From the NCBI GenBank assembly GCA_965248955.1, contig OZ252212.1:66668-130667 (forward strand): a stretch of DNA of 64,000 nt. The letters are read 5' to 3'. The translations under genes were made by a program, and so were the position numbers. This stretch comes from Dehalococcoidia bacterium (GTDB taxonomy: Bacteria; Chloroflexota; Dehalococcoidia; Lucifugimonadales; QGNO01). Positions within the stretch are counted from its first letter, which is position 1, and each line of letters begins with the position of its first letter. Positions 53,216-62,840 of the stretch are shown piece by piece. Below the pieces are notes generated by a model. It was given only the letters and a program-made list of their open reading frames with translations, searched no databases and was not told where the DNA came from.

Positions 53216-53853
53216 CCGTGCTGGCAAGCGGCGGATTGGACAGCTCCGTCCTACTGGCGGACCTGGCCGGGTCAGCGGAGGTCTTCCCCATCTACGTTAG
53301 GAAAGGCCTGCTCTGGGAGGACGAGGAGGTTCGCTCCTTGAACGCCTTCATTACAGCCTTGCACAGCCCCAACGTACGTGGAGTAACCGAGCTTTGCGTG
53401 CCGGTCGAGAGATTGTACGGAGACCACTGGAGCCTGACCGGCGAAGGCACTCCCGGCGCAGACACAGCGGACGACGCTGTGTTCCTGCCGGGCAGGAACG
53501 TTCTCCTTGTATCGCTTGCCGCCATATGGTGCAGCACTCATGGTGTATCGCAGATTGCATTGGGTTCGCTGGGCGGCAATCCCTTCCCAGATGCCACACC
53601 GGAGTTCTTCAGCAATTTCGCCGGAGTACTTTCGGTTGCATTGGGGCACCGGATCAGTGTGACTGCGCCCTATAGAAGAGCACAAAAGCATACCTTGATT
53701 CGCGACTTCAAGCATTTGCCGTTGCACTTGACCCTGACCTGCATTTCGCCCAGAGACAGGCTTCACTGCGGCGTATGCAACAAGTGCAACGAGCGGCGCA
53801 TGGCCTTCAAACACGCTGAAATAGAGGATATCACTATCTACGCAGGGAACTAG
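53203..53853 (+). CDS. queC: 7-cyano-7-deazaguanine synthase
   Basis: IAVLASGGLDSSVLL PP-loop and a C-terminal Cys cluster C..C..C.KC (TCISPRDRLHCGVCNKCNER). Probable GTG start at 53203 with a GAGGAG SD, overlapping the queD end. Confidence 0.88.
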   Translation: MERIAVLASGGLDSSVLLADLAGSAEVFPIYVRKGLLWEDEEVRSLNAFITALHSPNVRGVTELCVPVERLYGDHWSLTGEGTPGADTADDAVFLPGRNVLLVSLAAIWCSTHGVSQIALGSLGGNPFPDATPEFFSNFAGVLSVALGHRISVTAPYRRAQKHTLIRDFKHLPLHLTLTCISPRDRLHCGVCNKCNERRMAFKHAEIEDITIYAGN

Positions 53854-53862
53854 GCATCGGAG

Positions 53863-54498
53863 GTGAACTTGGACGGGACTTTAGTAAGAACGGAACAGAT
53901 CGAAAAGCTCAAACTCCTCCTCAGGGAGGTGCTCGAGCTATTGGGAGAAGACCCCCAGAGAGAGGGCCTGCATCAGACCCCGGAGCGGTGGGCGCGTTCT
54001 CTGCTGACGTATACCCAGGGTTCGCAGCAGGACCCAGAAGAGCACCTGCGGGTTATCTTTCAGCTAGAGGACGACAACTATCCGGCCGGCTCTGACGACA
54101 TGATCATAGTGGACAAGATAGAGTTCACCTCCACCTGCGAACACCACATAGCACCGTTCAGAGGGATGGTGCACATTGGGTACATACCAGATCCGGAAAG
54201 CAGGGTCGTCACGGGGTTGTCCAAGCTCTCACGGGTCGTGGAGGTGTTTGCCAGGCGGTTACAGGTGCAAGAAAGAATGACCCAGCAAGTGGCCAATGCC
54301 ATCAATCAGCATCTAAAACCGCTGGGCGTAATTGTAGTTGCACAGGCAATTCACTATTGTATGATTCAACGCGGCGTGGAACAGCGTTCCAGCGTGGCCT
54401 TGACAACCGCCCGCCGCGGGACTTTCTTGAGCAATCCATTGCTGGAGGACAAGTTCCAGAATTACCTTCGTCTACGCATGGACACCAGGGAGATGTGA
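53863..54498 (+). CDS. folE: GTP cyclohydrolase I (FolE)
   Basis: 211 aa. TPERWARS, F.STCEHHIAPF.G..HIGYIP, LSKL.RVVEVFARRLQVQERMT.Q. Confidence 0.92.
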   Translation: MNLDGTLVRTEQIEKLKLLLREVLELLGEDPQREGLHQTPERWARSLLTYTQGSQQDPEEHLRVIFQLEDDNYPAGSDDMIIVDKIEFTSTCEHHIAPFRGMVHIGYIPDPESRVVTGLSKLSRVVEVFARRLQVQERMTQQVANAINQHLKPLGVIVVAQAIHYCMIQRGVEQRSSVALTTARRGTFLSNPLLEDKFQNYLRLRMDTREM

Positions 54499-54500
54499 AT

Positions 54501-55583
54501 ATGGACACGGTCAAAAACCTTCTAGAACAGCTAACCAATGCATACGGCCCCTCAGGATTCGAAGGCCCGGTGAGGAGCATTGTACAGAGAGAGTTGGGGC
54601 CCATCTGCAATGACCTGGAAACCGACGGCTTGGGATCGTTGATTTCACGATTGAAGGGCGCCAGCGATAGACCAAGGGTCATGCTTGCCGGACATATGGA
54701 CGAGCTTGGGCTGATGGTCAAATTCATCACCTCCGAAGGCTACGTCAAGTTCCAGACCATTGGCGGGTGGCTTGACCAGTCGCTGATCAACCAGAGGTGG
54801 ACGGTGCTGACCAGAAACGGCCCCGTGCCCGGCGTAACCGGCATAAAGACCGTGCACGTGATGACGCCCGAGGCACGCAGCCGGGTCTTCAAACGCGAGG
54901 AGATGTTCATAGACGTGGGCGCCGCCAGCAAGGAGGACGCGGAGGAGCGGTTGGGCATTCGCCCCGGAGACCCTGTTGCACCTGACAGCAAATTCGTTGC
55001 TCTGAACGGCGGACACCTGTACCTGGCCAAAGCCTGGGACGATCGTGTTGGCGTGGCGGTGATGATAGAGGTGATGCGCCGCCTGAAGAGTGAGCCATCA
55101 TCCAATACCGTATACGGAGTGGCCACGGTTCAAGAAGAGATAGGCCTGCGCGGCGCTCATACCAGCAGCTACCTCATAGAACCGGACGTTGGAATCAGCC
55201 TGGAGTCCGGCGTAGCGGGAGATTATCCAGGCATTACAGAGGAAGAGGCACAGGAGAAGCTGGGCAAGGGGCCGTCGGTCTTCTTACACGACAACTCCAT
55301 GCTGCCCAATCTAAGGCTGCGTGACCTAGTCATAGACGTGGCGGCTGAGAAGAGCATCCCGTTGCAGTTCACCGTTATCAGCGGGTATGGGGAAGATGGC
55401 GCTGAAATGCAACGCACTAGAGGAGGCGCCCCCAGCATCAACATAGCCGTCCCCACGCGATACCTGCACAGCCACAACGGCCTAATCAGCCGCTATGACT
55501 TCGATCAGGCGGTGGAGCTGGTGACGGCGGTAGTGCAGAGGCTAGATGCGGAGACGGTAAGTCAGATCAAGGCATTCGATTAG
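54501..55583 (+). CDS. M42 family metallopeptidase (aminopeptidase/FrvX-like)
   Basis: MDTVKNLLEQLTNAYGPSGFEGPVR, AGHMDELGLMV, AWDDRVG, TVQEEIGLRGA. ATG 54501 lies 3 nt after the folE stop. Confidence 0.88.
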   Translation: MDTVKNLLEQLTNAYGPSGFEGPVRSIVQRELGPICNDLETDGLGSLISRLKGASDRPRVMLAGHMDELGLMVKFITSEGYVKFQTIGGWLDQSLINQRWTVLTRNGPVPGVTGIKTVHVMTPEARSRVFKREEMFIDVGAASKEDAEERLGIRPGDPVAPDSKFVALNGGHLYLAKAWDDRVGVAVMIEVMRRLKSEPSSNTVYGVATVQEEIGLRGAHTSSYLIEPDVGISLESGVAGDYPGITEEEAQEKLGKGPSVFLHDNSMLPNLRLRDLVIDVAAEKSIPLQFTVISGYGEDGAEMQRTRGGAPSINIAVPTRYLHSHNGLISRYDFDQAVELVTAVVQRLDAETVSQIKAFD

Positions 55584-55586
55584 GAG

Positions 55587-56339
55587 ATGGACATGGAAGA
55601 TAGGGTTGTACTCATAACGGGCGCCAGCAGAGGGATAGGCAAAGCCTTGGCTGTGGGCTTTGCCCGTGCTGGGGCCACCGTGGTGGCATCGGCCAGGACA
55701 ACCCGGCCCGGCTCCGGCGTAGCCCAGGGATCCCTGGAAGAGACGGTGAAACAGATCAGGGATTCGGGAGGCAAGGCGCTGCATTTCCCCTGCGACGTTA
55801 CCAGTGAAGAGCAGGTCAAGTCCCTGGTGGATTCGGCCATGGCGGAAGCGGGGCCCATAGACGTGCTGATCAACAACGCAGGCATAGAAGTTACCGGCGC
55901 CATAACGGAGCTTGGTGTGACTGAATTTGAAAACGTTCTCAAAGTAAACGTAGTTGGCCCATTTCTGCTATGCAAATACGTTGTGCCCGGCATGATGGAA
56001 AGATGTGCCGGAAGTATCATCAACGTATCTTCCCGGTCGGCGATATGGGATCAAGAGAATACGCCGGTCTACGGCGCGTCCAAGGCGGCGCTAGACCGGT
56101 TCACACGCAATCTGGCCCTGGATCTGAAGCCGTACAACATAGCGGTCAACTGCCTGGGCCCCGGCCTCGTCGAGTCTGAGATGACGCGCAACTGGGACCC
56201 CTCGCTTGATCTCTGGGGCAGGATGCCTTCTCCGGCGGAAGAGGTAGTGCCCGCCGCTCTCTGGCTGGCCCAACAGGATGCTTCCGGCTTCACCGGCCAA
56301 GTGGTGCACCGCGATGAGTTCCGGCAAACCTGGCCTTAG
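55587..56339 (+). CDS. SDR family oxidoreductase
   Basis: 250 aa. VVLITGASRGIGKA, NNAG, YGASKAAL. Confidence 0.88.
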   Translation: MDMEDRVVLITGASRGIGKALAVGFARAGATVVASARTTRPGSGVAQGSLEETVKQIRDSGGKALHFPCDVTSEEQVKSLVDSAMAEAGPIDVLINNAGIEVTGAITELGVTEFENVLKVNVVGPFLLCKYVVPGMMERCAGSIINVSSRSAIWDQENTPVYGASKAALDRFTRNLALDLKPYNIAVNCLGPGLVESEMTRNWDPSLDLWGRMPSPAEEVVPAALWLAQQDASGFTGQVVHRDEFRQTWP

Positions 56340-57098
56340 CTAGGATACGTGTATCCGTTCCACGCTAACGCCCAGGTCAGGGTCAAGCGTAACCAAGGCG
56401 GCGGTACGCTCCTGGCCCCCGGAAGGCGCTCCACTGTAGAATGCGGATGCATTCCCTTTTGTCACGTCCCTAAAAACATGGGTGTGGCCCAGCGCTATGT
56501 AATCGCAGTCCGCGGCGGCCAGCTCCTCGTGAGTGATGGGGGAGCCTCTGTCGATGAAGCTGACCGAATCTAGCACGATACCATGGCCTATGACCACGTA
56601 CCACCCTCCGTCCGGCCTGGGCTGGATACCGCCCAGCGGGTGGAACTCCGGAACGTGGTTGTAGACCGGACAACCCCAGACGGACAGCGTCAAGTCACTC
56701 AAAGTGACCATTTCGCCGACGGGATACCTGAGGATGTGAACGTTCTCCCGCGATTCGTGGAGGAGGAATGAGTCGGAGGTTAGGAGAGTGTCGTGGTTGC
56801 CGGGTAGGACTATTACGGGACGGTGCAAGCTAGCCAGCGACTCGAACACGTAATGCACCGAGTCCTCGGGAACCGTCGCACTATCGAATAGGTCTCCGGC
56901 TATCAACAGGGCATCCACGGAGAGGTGCCGCCCCGTGTCGAGAACGTTATCGAATCCTTGCAGGGCCTCCCTGGGATAAAGGTCGCTGCCTATGTGGACG
57001 TCCGATGTGTGGAGTAGTCTTATCCGTCTGCGTTCCATTGCTCTTAGGTCGGTGCGCTGCATTCTAGCACGGGTTGGGGTGGAGACGGTTGCAGCCAC
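56340..57098 (-). CDS. Metallophosphoesterase (calcineurin-like, SbcD/Mre11-type fold)
   Basis: LLHTSDVHIG, IAGDLFD, VLPGNHD, GHGI, LGHTH motifs. Start uncertain: GTG 57098 or ATG 57038. Confidence 0.8.
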   Translation of the reverse strand: MAATVSTPTRARMQRTDLRAMERRRIRLLHTSDVHIGSDLYPREALQGFDNVLDTGRHLSVDALLIAGDLFDSATVPEDSVHYVFESLASLHRPVIVLPGNHDTLLTSDSFLLHESRENVHILRYPVGEMVTLSDLTLSVWGCPVYNHVPEFHPLGGIQPRPDGGWYVVIGHGIVLDSVSFIDRGSPITHEELAAADCDYIALGHTHVFRDVTKGNASAFYSGAPSGGQERTAALVTLDPDLGVSVERIHVS

Positions 57099-57101
57099 AC
57101 A

Positions 57102-57983
57102 CTAGAACCTGGTGATGCCTAGGGAGTAGAGGTAGTCCCAGAGGTCTTCCAGGACGCGGCGGCTTTCCTCCGGCCCGAAACCGTCCACGATCCATTCGCG
57201 GCGGCCCCGTCCGTCAACCATGCCGGCGTCGACAAGGCGCTGGATATGGTCGAACTCCATGTCGGGGTGGGGAAGGAGGTTACGCCGCACCACCTTGGAG
57301 ATGGCAGCGATGAGTCCGTATGCGCCCCAGTTGGACACGGCGGCAATGATGGGATGCACGGACGGTGTGGTGGTGGGCGCTTTGCTGGGCAGGTGCGGGC
57401 CGGTGTACTCGGCGAGGTTAGCCAGCCCGATCTCGTTGCCCCAGTCGCCGATACCGATTGTAGCGGTGTGATGGTTGAATAGGTAATCGAGCTTGGCGGT
57501 ACGCTCGGTGACCTCGGCGCCTCCCACGTACTGGTATTTGCCTTCCGCGCTCACGCCTGGTCGCTCCACCGCAACGAGCACGCTGGGCTTGTGCCGTTCC
57601 AGCAGGTCTATAGCAAACTGTTCGCTGGTCCTGTCGTCGGCGATGGGAAATTCGACCACCTCTTCCACGGTAGGCTGGCCTTCAAGGGTGAAGGCGGCGT
57701 AGCGGTCTACAACGTAGGTTACCTTCCAGCCCAGCCTGGTCAGTGCCCTACCCAGAAAATAGGCGCCGGGGGGGCCGTCGCTCTCTGCGGAACCGGTCTC
57801 CGGGGGTGGGAACTGGTGGGGAATGGGGACAAAGAAGCCGGTGAGGATGAAGGCGTGGCCCGGGTGGTCCAGAATCATGAATCTGGCGGCGTCTTCGGCA
57901 AACGTATCGGACATCCGGACCCGGACCCCGGAAATGCCAGTCCACTTGCCCTGGTTGAGGATGATGTCTTCAATAGCGCCCAT
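57102..57983 (-). CDS. DUF4392 / D-glutamate cyclase-like protein
   Basis: SDGPPGA, VAVERPG...GKY, IGIGDWGNEIGL resemble the DUF4392 (D-glutamate cyclase) motifs as I remember them. ATG 57983 has a GGAG SD 6 nt upstream. Confidence 0.6.
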   Translation of the reverse strand: MGAIEDIILNQGKWTGISGVRVRMSDTFAEDAARFMILDHPGHAFILTGFFVPIPHQFPPPETGSAESDGPPGAYFLGRALTRLGWKVTYVVDRYAAFTLEGQPTVEEVVEFPIADDRTSEQFAIDLLERHKPSVLVAVERPGVSAEGKYQYVGGAEVTERTAKLDYLFNHHTATIGIGDWGNEIGLANLAEYTGPHLPSKAPTTTPSVHPIIAAVSNWGAYGLIAAISKVVRRNLLPHPDMEFDHIQRLVDAGMVDGRGRREWIVDGFGPEESRRVLEDLWDYLYSLGITRF

Positions 57984-58277
57984 TGCTTTCTCCGTTAAGC
58001 AGCTTTGCCGCCACATGGCAGGCTATCACAAAACGGTAGGACAGACATGATGTCGCCCAAATGGCCGCATCGTCCGTGATGCCGCACGGGTATGACTGTG
58101 GGGTGGCGGGAAAGACGGTAGGAGGCGGATGCTCTTGTTGCAGGCATGACGGACGGGGTAGCACGCTCAGAGTGAGGCCTATTTGGTCATGTCAGAAGGA
58201 ATGGAGTTTGACTCTATACCTCTCCCCTCATAGAATCGCAGGCGCTAGTAATGAAGCAATGAATAGGGAGGAATCAT

Positions 58278-59729
58278 ATGCGGATTGGAGTTGGCCTAGA
58301 GAAAATACGCACCTACCTTGAGGAGAATAAGGAGCGCCACATTCAGCGCATACAGAGACTTGTGGAGCAGCCAAGTGTATCGGTGGAGGAGCACGGCGTG
58401 AGGGAGTGTGCGGAGCTGCTGGTTGAGATCCATAAAGAGTTTGGCTGTGAGGAAGCCACAGTCGTCGAAACATCGCACCTTCCCGGATTGTGGGCTTACT
58501 ACAACGCTGGCAAGTCCAAGACCATCATTGTGTACGCCAACTTTGACACCAGGCCTGTGCTGCCCCATGAGAAATGGGAAAACCCGCCTTGGAGCGGCGC
58601 TATAACGTCGGCGGGGCCGTACTCCAAGGTGCTGATGGGACGGGGCGCCGCCTCCTATAAGGGCCCCTACGTCGCCTGGCTGAACGCCCTGGAAGCGGTC
58701 AAGGAAGTGGAAGGAGAGCTTCCCTTCAACTTCATGTTCCTCCTGGAGGGCGACGAGATACTGGGCAGCGCCTCTTTCCCCGAAATGTACCAGGAATACC
58801 GCGACCGCCTTGCTACGGCGCAGGCCAGCTTCAGCCCGGGGGCATCGCAGGATGCGCTGGGGCGCGTCACCATGAGCCTCGGCTACAAGGGGCTGATATA
58901 CGCCGACCTGATAGCAAGCGGGGAGAAATGGGGCAGGGGGCCGCAGGCTGCGCCGGGACACGGCATGACCAAGTCGGTGGTGGACAGCCCGGCGTGGCGG
59001 CTGGTGGAAGCGCTGGCCACCCTCACAGAGGACAACGGCAACAAGGTATCCATCCCCGGCTTCTACGACGATCTGACGCCGCCCACAGAGGACGAAAAGA
59101 ACGCAGCGTTTGCCTTTCGTAAGGCTATGGGCAACGGCGCTTGGAACCAGGTGCTGCCGGGAGTGGCGGCGATCAAAGTGCCGGCGGGAGACTTGGACGA
59201 CGAACAGGTCATACTCAACTACTTCTACGGACCGAGCTTCAACATAAACAGCCTGCGCGCCGGCCTCACCGGGCCGGGCACCATGCCGTTCACGCTGCCC
59301 AACGTGGCCGCGGCCCGGTTCGACATTCGTGTGCCGCGGGGCTTCAGCGTGTCGAAGGTGATACAGCAGATCAGGGGGCACCTGGATGCCCATGGCTTTG
59401 CCGACCTGGAACTGGACGTGCTGGCGGCGAACGATTCGTCCCAGACAGGCACGGACACCGACCTGGTGCAGGCAATCGCGGAGGCGTTCCAGGAGATGGA
59501 GGTGCCGCTGGTGATGGCACCTTACAGCGGAGGAGGGGGCCCATGGTCGCTGTACAAAAATGACCTGGGCCTACCCATGATCCGCAGCGTAGGTGTGGGC
59601 GGCGGAGGCAATGCCGGTGCGGCCAACGAGTTCATGGTAATAGACGGCACGGATACGGTGGGAGGCCTGGTGGAATGTGAGCTGTCGCACGTGCATATGC
59701 TGAAGGCATACGCACGGAGGGCAGGATAG
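58278..59729 (+). CDS. M20 family metallopeptidase/dipeptidase
   Basis: 483 aa. IIVYANFDTRP, RGAASYKGP, LLEGDEILGS metal-binding pattern. GGGAGG SD. Confidence 0.85.
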   Translation: MRIGVGLEKIRTYLEENKERHIQRIQRLVEQPSVSVEEHGVRECAELLVEIHKEFGCEEATVVETSHLPGLWAYYNAGKSKTIIVYANFDTRPVLPHEKWENPPWSGAITSAGPYSKVLMGRGAASYKGPYVAWLNALEAVKEVEGELPFNFMFLLEGDEILGSASFPEMYQEYRDRLATAQASFSPGASQDALGRVTMSLGYKGLIYADLIASGEKWGRGPQAAPGHGMTKSVVDSPAWRLVEALATLTEDNGNKVSIPGFYDDLTPPTEDEKNAAFAFRKAMGNGAWNQVLPGVAAIKVPAGDLDDEQVILNYFYGPSFNINSLRAGLTGPGTMPFTLPNVAAARFDIRVPRGFSVSKVIQQIRGHLDAHGFADLELDVLAANDSSQTGTDTDLVQAIAEAFQEMEVPLVMAPYSGGGGPWSLYKNDLGLPMIRSVGVGGGGNAGAANEFMVIDGTDTVGGLVECELSHVHMLKAYARRAG

Positions 59730-59765
59730 GTCTAACCATGGCAATACCGTCTTAAGGAGACTCGC

Positions 59766-61199
59766 ATGGATGATAGGGATTTAGCGTTTACACCCGGGTA
59801 CATGCAACGGGAGATGATAGCAAGCAGGGAGATATCTCCAGTTGAATTGACCGAGGTATATCTAAGGCGCATAGAGGAACTGAACCCCAGGCTGAATGCG
59901 TTTCTCACCGTGGCATCAGAGCAGGCCATGGAGGCGGCGCGCCGAGCCGAGAAGGCCGTGGCGCAGGGAGACGACCTGGGTTCGCTGCACGGGGTAGCGG
60001 TCTCCATAAAGGACCTGGCTTCTACAAGAGGCATCCGCACCACCAGAGGATCACTGATATACGAGGAGCAGGTGCCGGATGAAGACGATATCTTCGTGGA
60101 GAGGCTGCGGCAGGCAGGCGCAATCATCCTGGGCAAGACCAACACCCCTGAGTTCGGCGAAGGCGGCGGCGTCACCGAGAACAGGCTGGGTCCCAACTGC
60201 AACAATCCCTGGAACCCCAAGATGACCAGCGGCGCGTCCAGCGGGGGCGCGGGCGCTTCCGTGGCCGCCGGCCTGAACCCCTTGGCACACGGTTCGGACG
60301 GGGCGGGATCCATTCGCATCCCCAGTGCTTTCTGCGGCGTTTACGGCATCATGGCCACCCAGGGCAGGGTGCCGCGACTGGCGACAGGGTTGATGAGTTG
60401 GAACCCGGTCGACTTCTCAAGGGACGGCCCCATGACCAGAACGGTGCGGGACGCCGCACTTTTTCTCAATGCGGTCTCCGGGCCTCATCCGCGGGCCAAG
60501 CATGGCGCCATGCAGGAAGCGCCGCCGGATTTCACATCAGAACTGGAGAAGGGTGTGAGCGGACTTCGCATTGCCTGGAGCCCAGACCTGGGATCGGTGG
60601 CGTTAGACGCCGAGGTGCGTTCCGTAGTGGAGAAAAGTTTTCACGTGCTGGAAGAACTGGGCGCGGAAGTGAGTGAGGCCAGGTTCCACCTAGAGATAGA
60701 GGCGCTGCACAGTACACTGCGGAATTTGAGAGGGCCAGCGTCCTACCTGGCCAACCACCATCTGCTGGAGGAGTGGGGACACCGGATGATGCCGTACATC
60801 AAGGACGGAATAGAAACAGGGGGCAAGGTGACAGGCGCGGAGTACGCCACGGCACTGGCGGAGTTGGAGAGATTGCGGGCCTACGTGGACGCCTTCTTCA
60901 AAGAGGTGGACTTGCTGGTCACACCGGCGGTATCGGTGACCGCCTTTCCAGGCTCAGAGCGGCCCACGGTGATCAATGGAAAGTCCATAGACCCCATGTC
61001 GGGATGGTACGGCCATAATTACCCGTTCAACATGTCCGGCAACCCAGCGGCCAGCGTGCCCTGCGGGTTCTCCGCCAGCGGCCTGCCCGTAGGGATGCAG
61101 ATAGTGGGCGCCAAAGGAGGAGAGAACTTGGTGCTGAGAGCGTCGGCGGCATTTGAAGAGGCGCGCCCCTGGGCAGATGTAAGGCCTCTCGTGTCCTAG
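59766..61199 (+). CDS. Amidase (amidase-signature family)
   Basis: 477 aa. GVAVSIKD, GKTNTPEFG, SGASSGGAGASVAAGLNPLAHGSDGAGSIRIPSAFCGVYG (AS signature with Ser-cisSer-Lys). Confidence 0.9.
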   Translation: MDDRDLAFTPGYMQREMIASREISPVELTEVYLRRIEELNPRLNAFLTVASEQAMEAARRAEKAVAQGDDLGSLHGVAVSIKDLASTRGIRTTRGSLIYEEQVPDEDDIFVERLRQAGAIILGKTNTPEFGEGGGVTENRLGPNCNNPWNPKMTSGASSGGAGASVAAGLNPLAHGSDGAGSIRIPSAFCGVYGIMATQGRVPRLATGLMSWNPVDFSRDGPMTRTVRDAALFLNAVSGPHPRAKHGAMQEAPPDFTSELEKGVSGLRIAWSPDLGSVALDAEVRSVVEKSFHVLEELGAEVSEARFHLEIEALHSTLRNLRGPASYLANHHLLEEWGHRMMPYIKDGIETGGKVTGAEYATALAELERLRAYVDAFFKEVDLLVTPAVSVTAFPGSERPTVINGKSIDPMSGWYGHNYPFNMSGNPAASVPCGFSASGLPVGMQIVGAKGGENLVLRASAAFEEARPWADVRPLVS

Positions 61200-61241
61200 A
61201 GTCCGCCGATGCTCCCGCGGCCCTGCGCAGTGTAGGTAACC

Positions 61242-62840
61242 ATGCTTGTAATTGGCCTAGATTTTGGCACGCTGTCGGTGCGCGCCCAAGTAGTCGACGC
61301 AGAGACGGGTGCCGTGCTCGCCACTGCTATCGAGTCGTACCAGCATGGAGTTATTGACCGGCGCCTCCCTGAAAATGGAGCTTCGCTGGCGTCGCAGTGG
61401 GCGTTGCAGCACCCCCAAGACTGGCTGGACTCGCTGACTGCTGTGGTCAGAGCGGTGGTCAAGGAAGTAGACGCATCTCTAATCGGCGGCATTGGCATTG
61501 ATACCACTGGCTGCAGTGTGCTACCGGTGAAGAGTGATGGCACGCCATTGTCGTTCCTCCGCCGGTGGAAGGGGCATCCCCATGCCTGGCCCAAGCTGTG
61601 GAAGCACAACTCGGCGCAGGCACAGGCGGACCGCTTTACGGAAGCGGCGATGAAACGCGGCGAGAAGTGGCTAGAGCGATGCGGCGGTGCGGTCTTTCCG
61701 GCGTTCATGCTGCCCAAGGCGCTGGAGCTGTTCGAGGAAGCACCGCTTATATACCAGGAAGCGGACCTATTGGTGGAAGAGAGCGACTGGCTGGCATGGC
61801 AGCTCACCGGAACCTTCCGACGCAACGCTTTCGCCGCTGGATATCTGGCCTACATCCACGGCAAGGATGGGCCTCCGTCCAAGGAGTATCTGGCATCCGT
61901 GGAGCCAGGCCTGGCCAGGTTTTACCAAAGCAAATGCTTAGGAGAGATTGCCGCCCCGGGAACGCCGGCGGGAACACTCAAGCCGTACTGGGCAGAGACG
62001 TTGGGACTCTCTACTAGGGTCAAAGTAGCTGTGCCCACCATAGACGGGCCAGCCGGAGCCTTAGGCGGCGGTATAACTGCCGACGGGGTCATGTACATGG
62101 TGATGGGCACCTCCATAGTACACTTCCTGCTGGCCGAAAAAGAGACGCCCGTTCCGGGGATAGCGGGAGTAGCGGCAGATGCCGTTTTCCCCGGATACTA
62201 CCTTTACGGAGTTCCCCAGGTAGCGGTGGGCGACGCATTCAACTGGTTCACCGAGCAGGTGGGTGTCTCTCACGAGGAATTGACGTCAAGAGCGGCGCGT
62301 CTAGCGCCTGGCGAGAGCGGACTCCTAGCGCTGGACTGGTGGAACGGCGGCCGCAAACCTGAGGTGGACGCCGGCCTTAGCGGCGTCGTCATAGGCTACA
62401 GCCTGCAAACGGCCAACGAAGCGGTGTACCGCGCCCTGGTCGAGTCCACGGCCTTCGGGTCCAGGTATGTCGTCGAGACCTTTCGCAAATCTGGGCTCAC
62501 CGTGTCCGGCCTGCGTGCCGGAGGAGGATTGACGGCCAACCGCATGCTTCTACAGATATACGCGGACGTCATAGGGCTGTCCCTGGAAGTGGCCGCCAGC
62601 GAGCAGCCCAGCACCCTGGGCGCAGCCATGCTGGGAGCGGTGGCAGCGGGCGCTTACAAGTCGGTGCTGGACGCAGCCACGGCGATGGTACCCGCTGCCA
62701 CCTACAAAGTGGAGCCGGTTCCGGAGCACAGAGCCACCTATGACGCGTTGTATCGCGAGTATTTGCGCTTGGTGGAGATGTTCAGTGGCGGAGACTCTCC
62801 ACTGAGGCGGCTGCGAGACCTGCGCCGCCGGATTGGCTAG
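61242..62840 (+). CDS. FGGY-family carbohydrate kinase, ribulokinase-like
   Basis: 532 aa. VIGLDFGTLSVRA N-terminus, IGIDTTGCS, LDWWNGGR, GGGLTANRMLLQIYADV. Architecture parallels E. coli AraB as recalled. Confidence 0.82.
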   Translation: MLVIGLDFGTLSVRAQVVDAETGAVLATAIESYQHGVIDRRLPENGASLASQWALQHPQDWLDSLTAVVRAVVKEVDASLIGGIGIDTTGCSVLPVKSDGTPLSFLRRWKGHPHAWPKLWKHNSAQAQADRFTEAAMKRGEKWLERCGGAVFPAFMLPKALELFEEAPLIYQEADLLVEESDWLAWQLTGTFRRNAFAAGYLAYIHGKDGPPSKEYLASVEPGLARFYQSKCLGEIAAPGTPAGTLKPYWAETLGLSTRVKVAVPTIDGPAGALGGGITADGVMYMVMGTSIVHFLLAEKETPVPGIAGVAADAVFPGYYLYGVPQVAVGDAFNWFTEQVGVSHEELTSRAARLAPGESGLLALDWWNGGRKPEVDAGLSGVVIGYSLQTANEAVYRALVESTAFGSRYVVETFRKSGLTVSGLRAGGGLTANRMLLQIYADVIGLSLEVAASEQPSTLGAAMLGAVAAGAYKSVLDAATAMVPAATYKVEPVPEHRATYDALYREYLRLVEMFSGGDSPLRRLRDLRRRIG

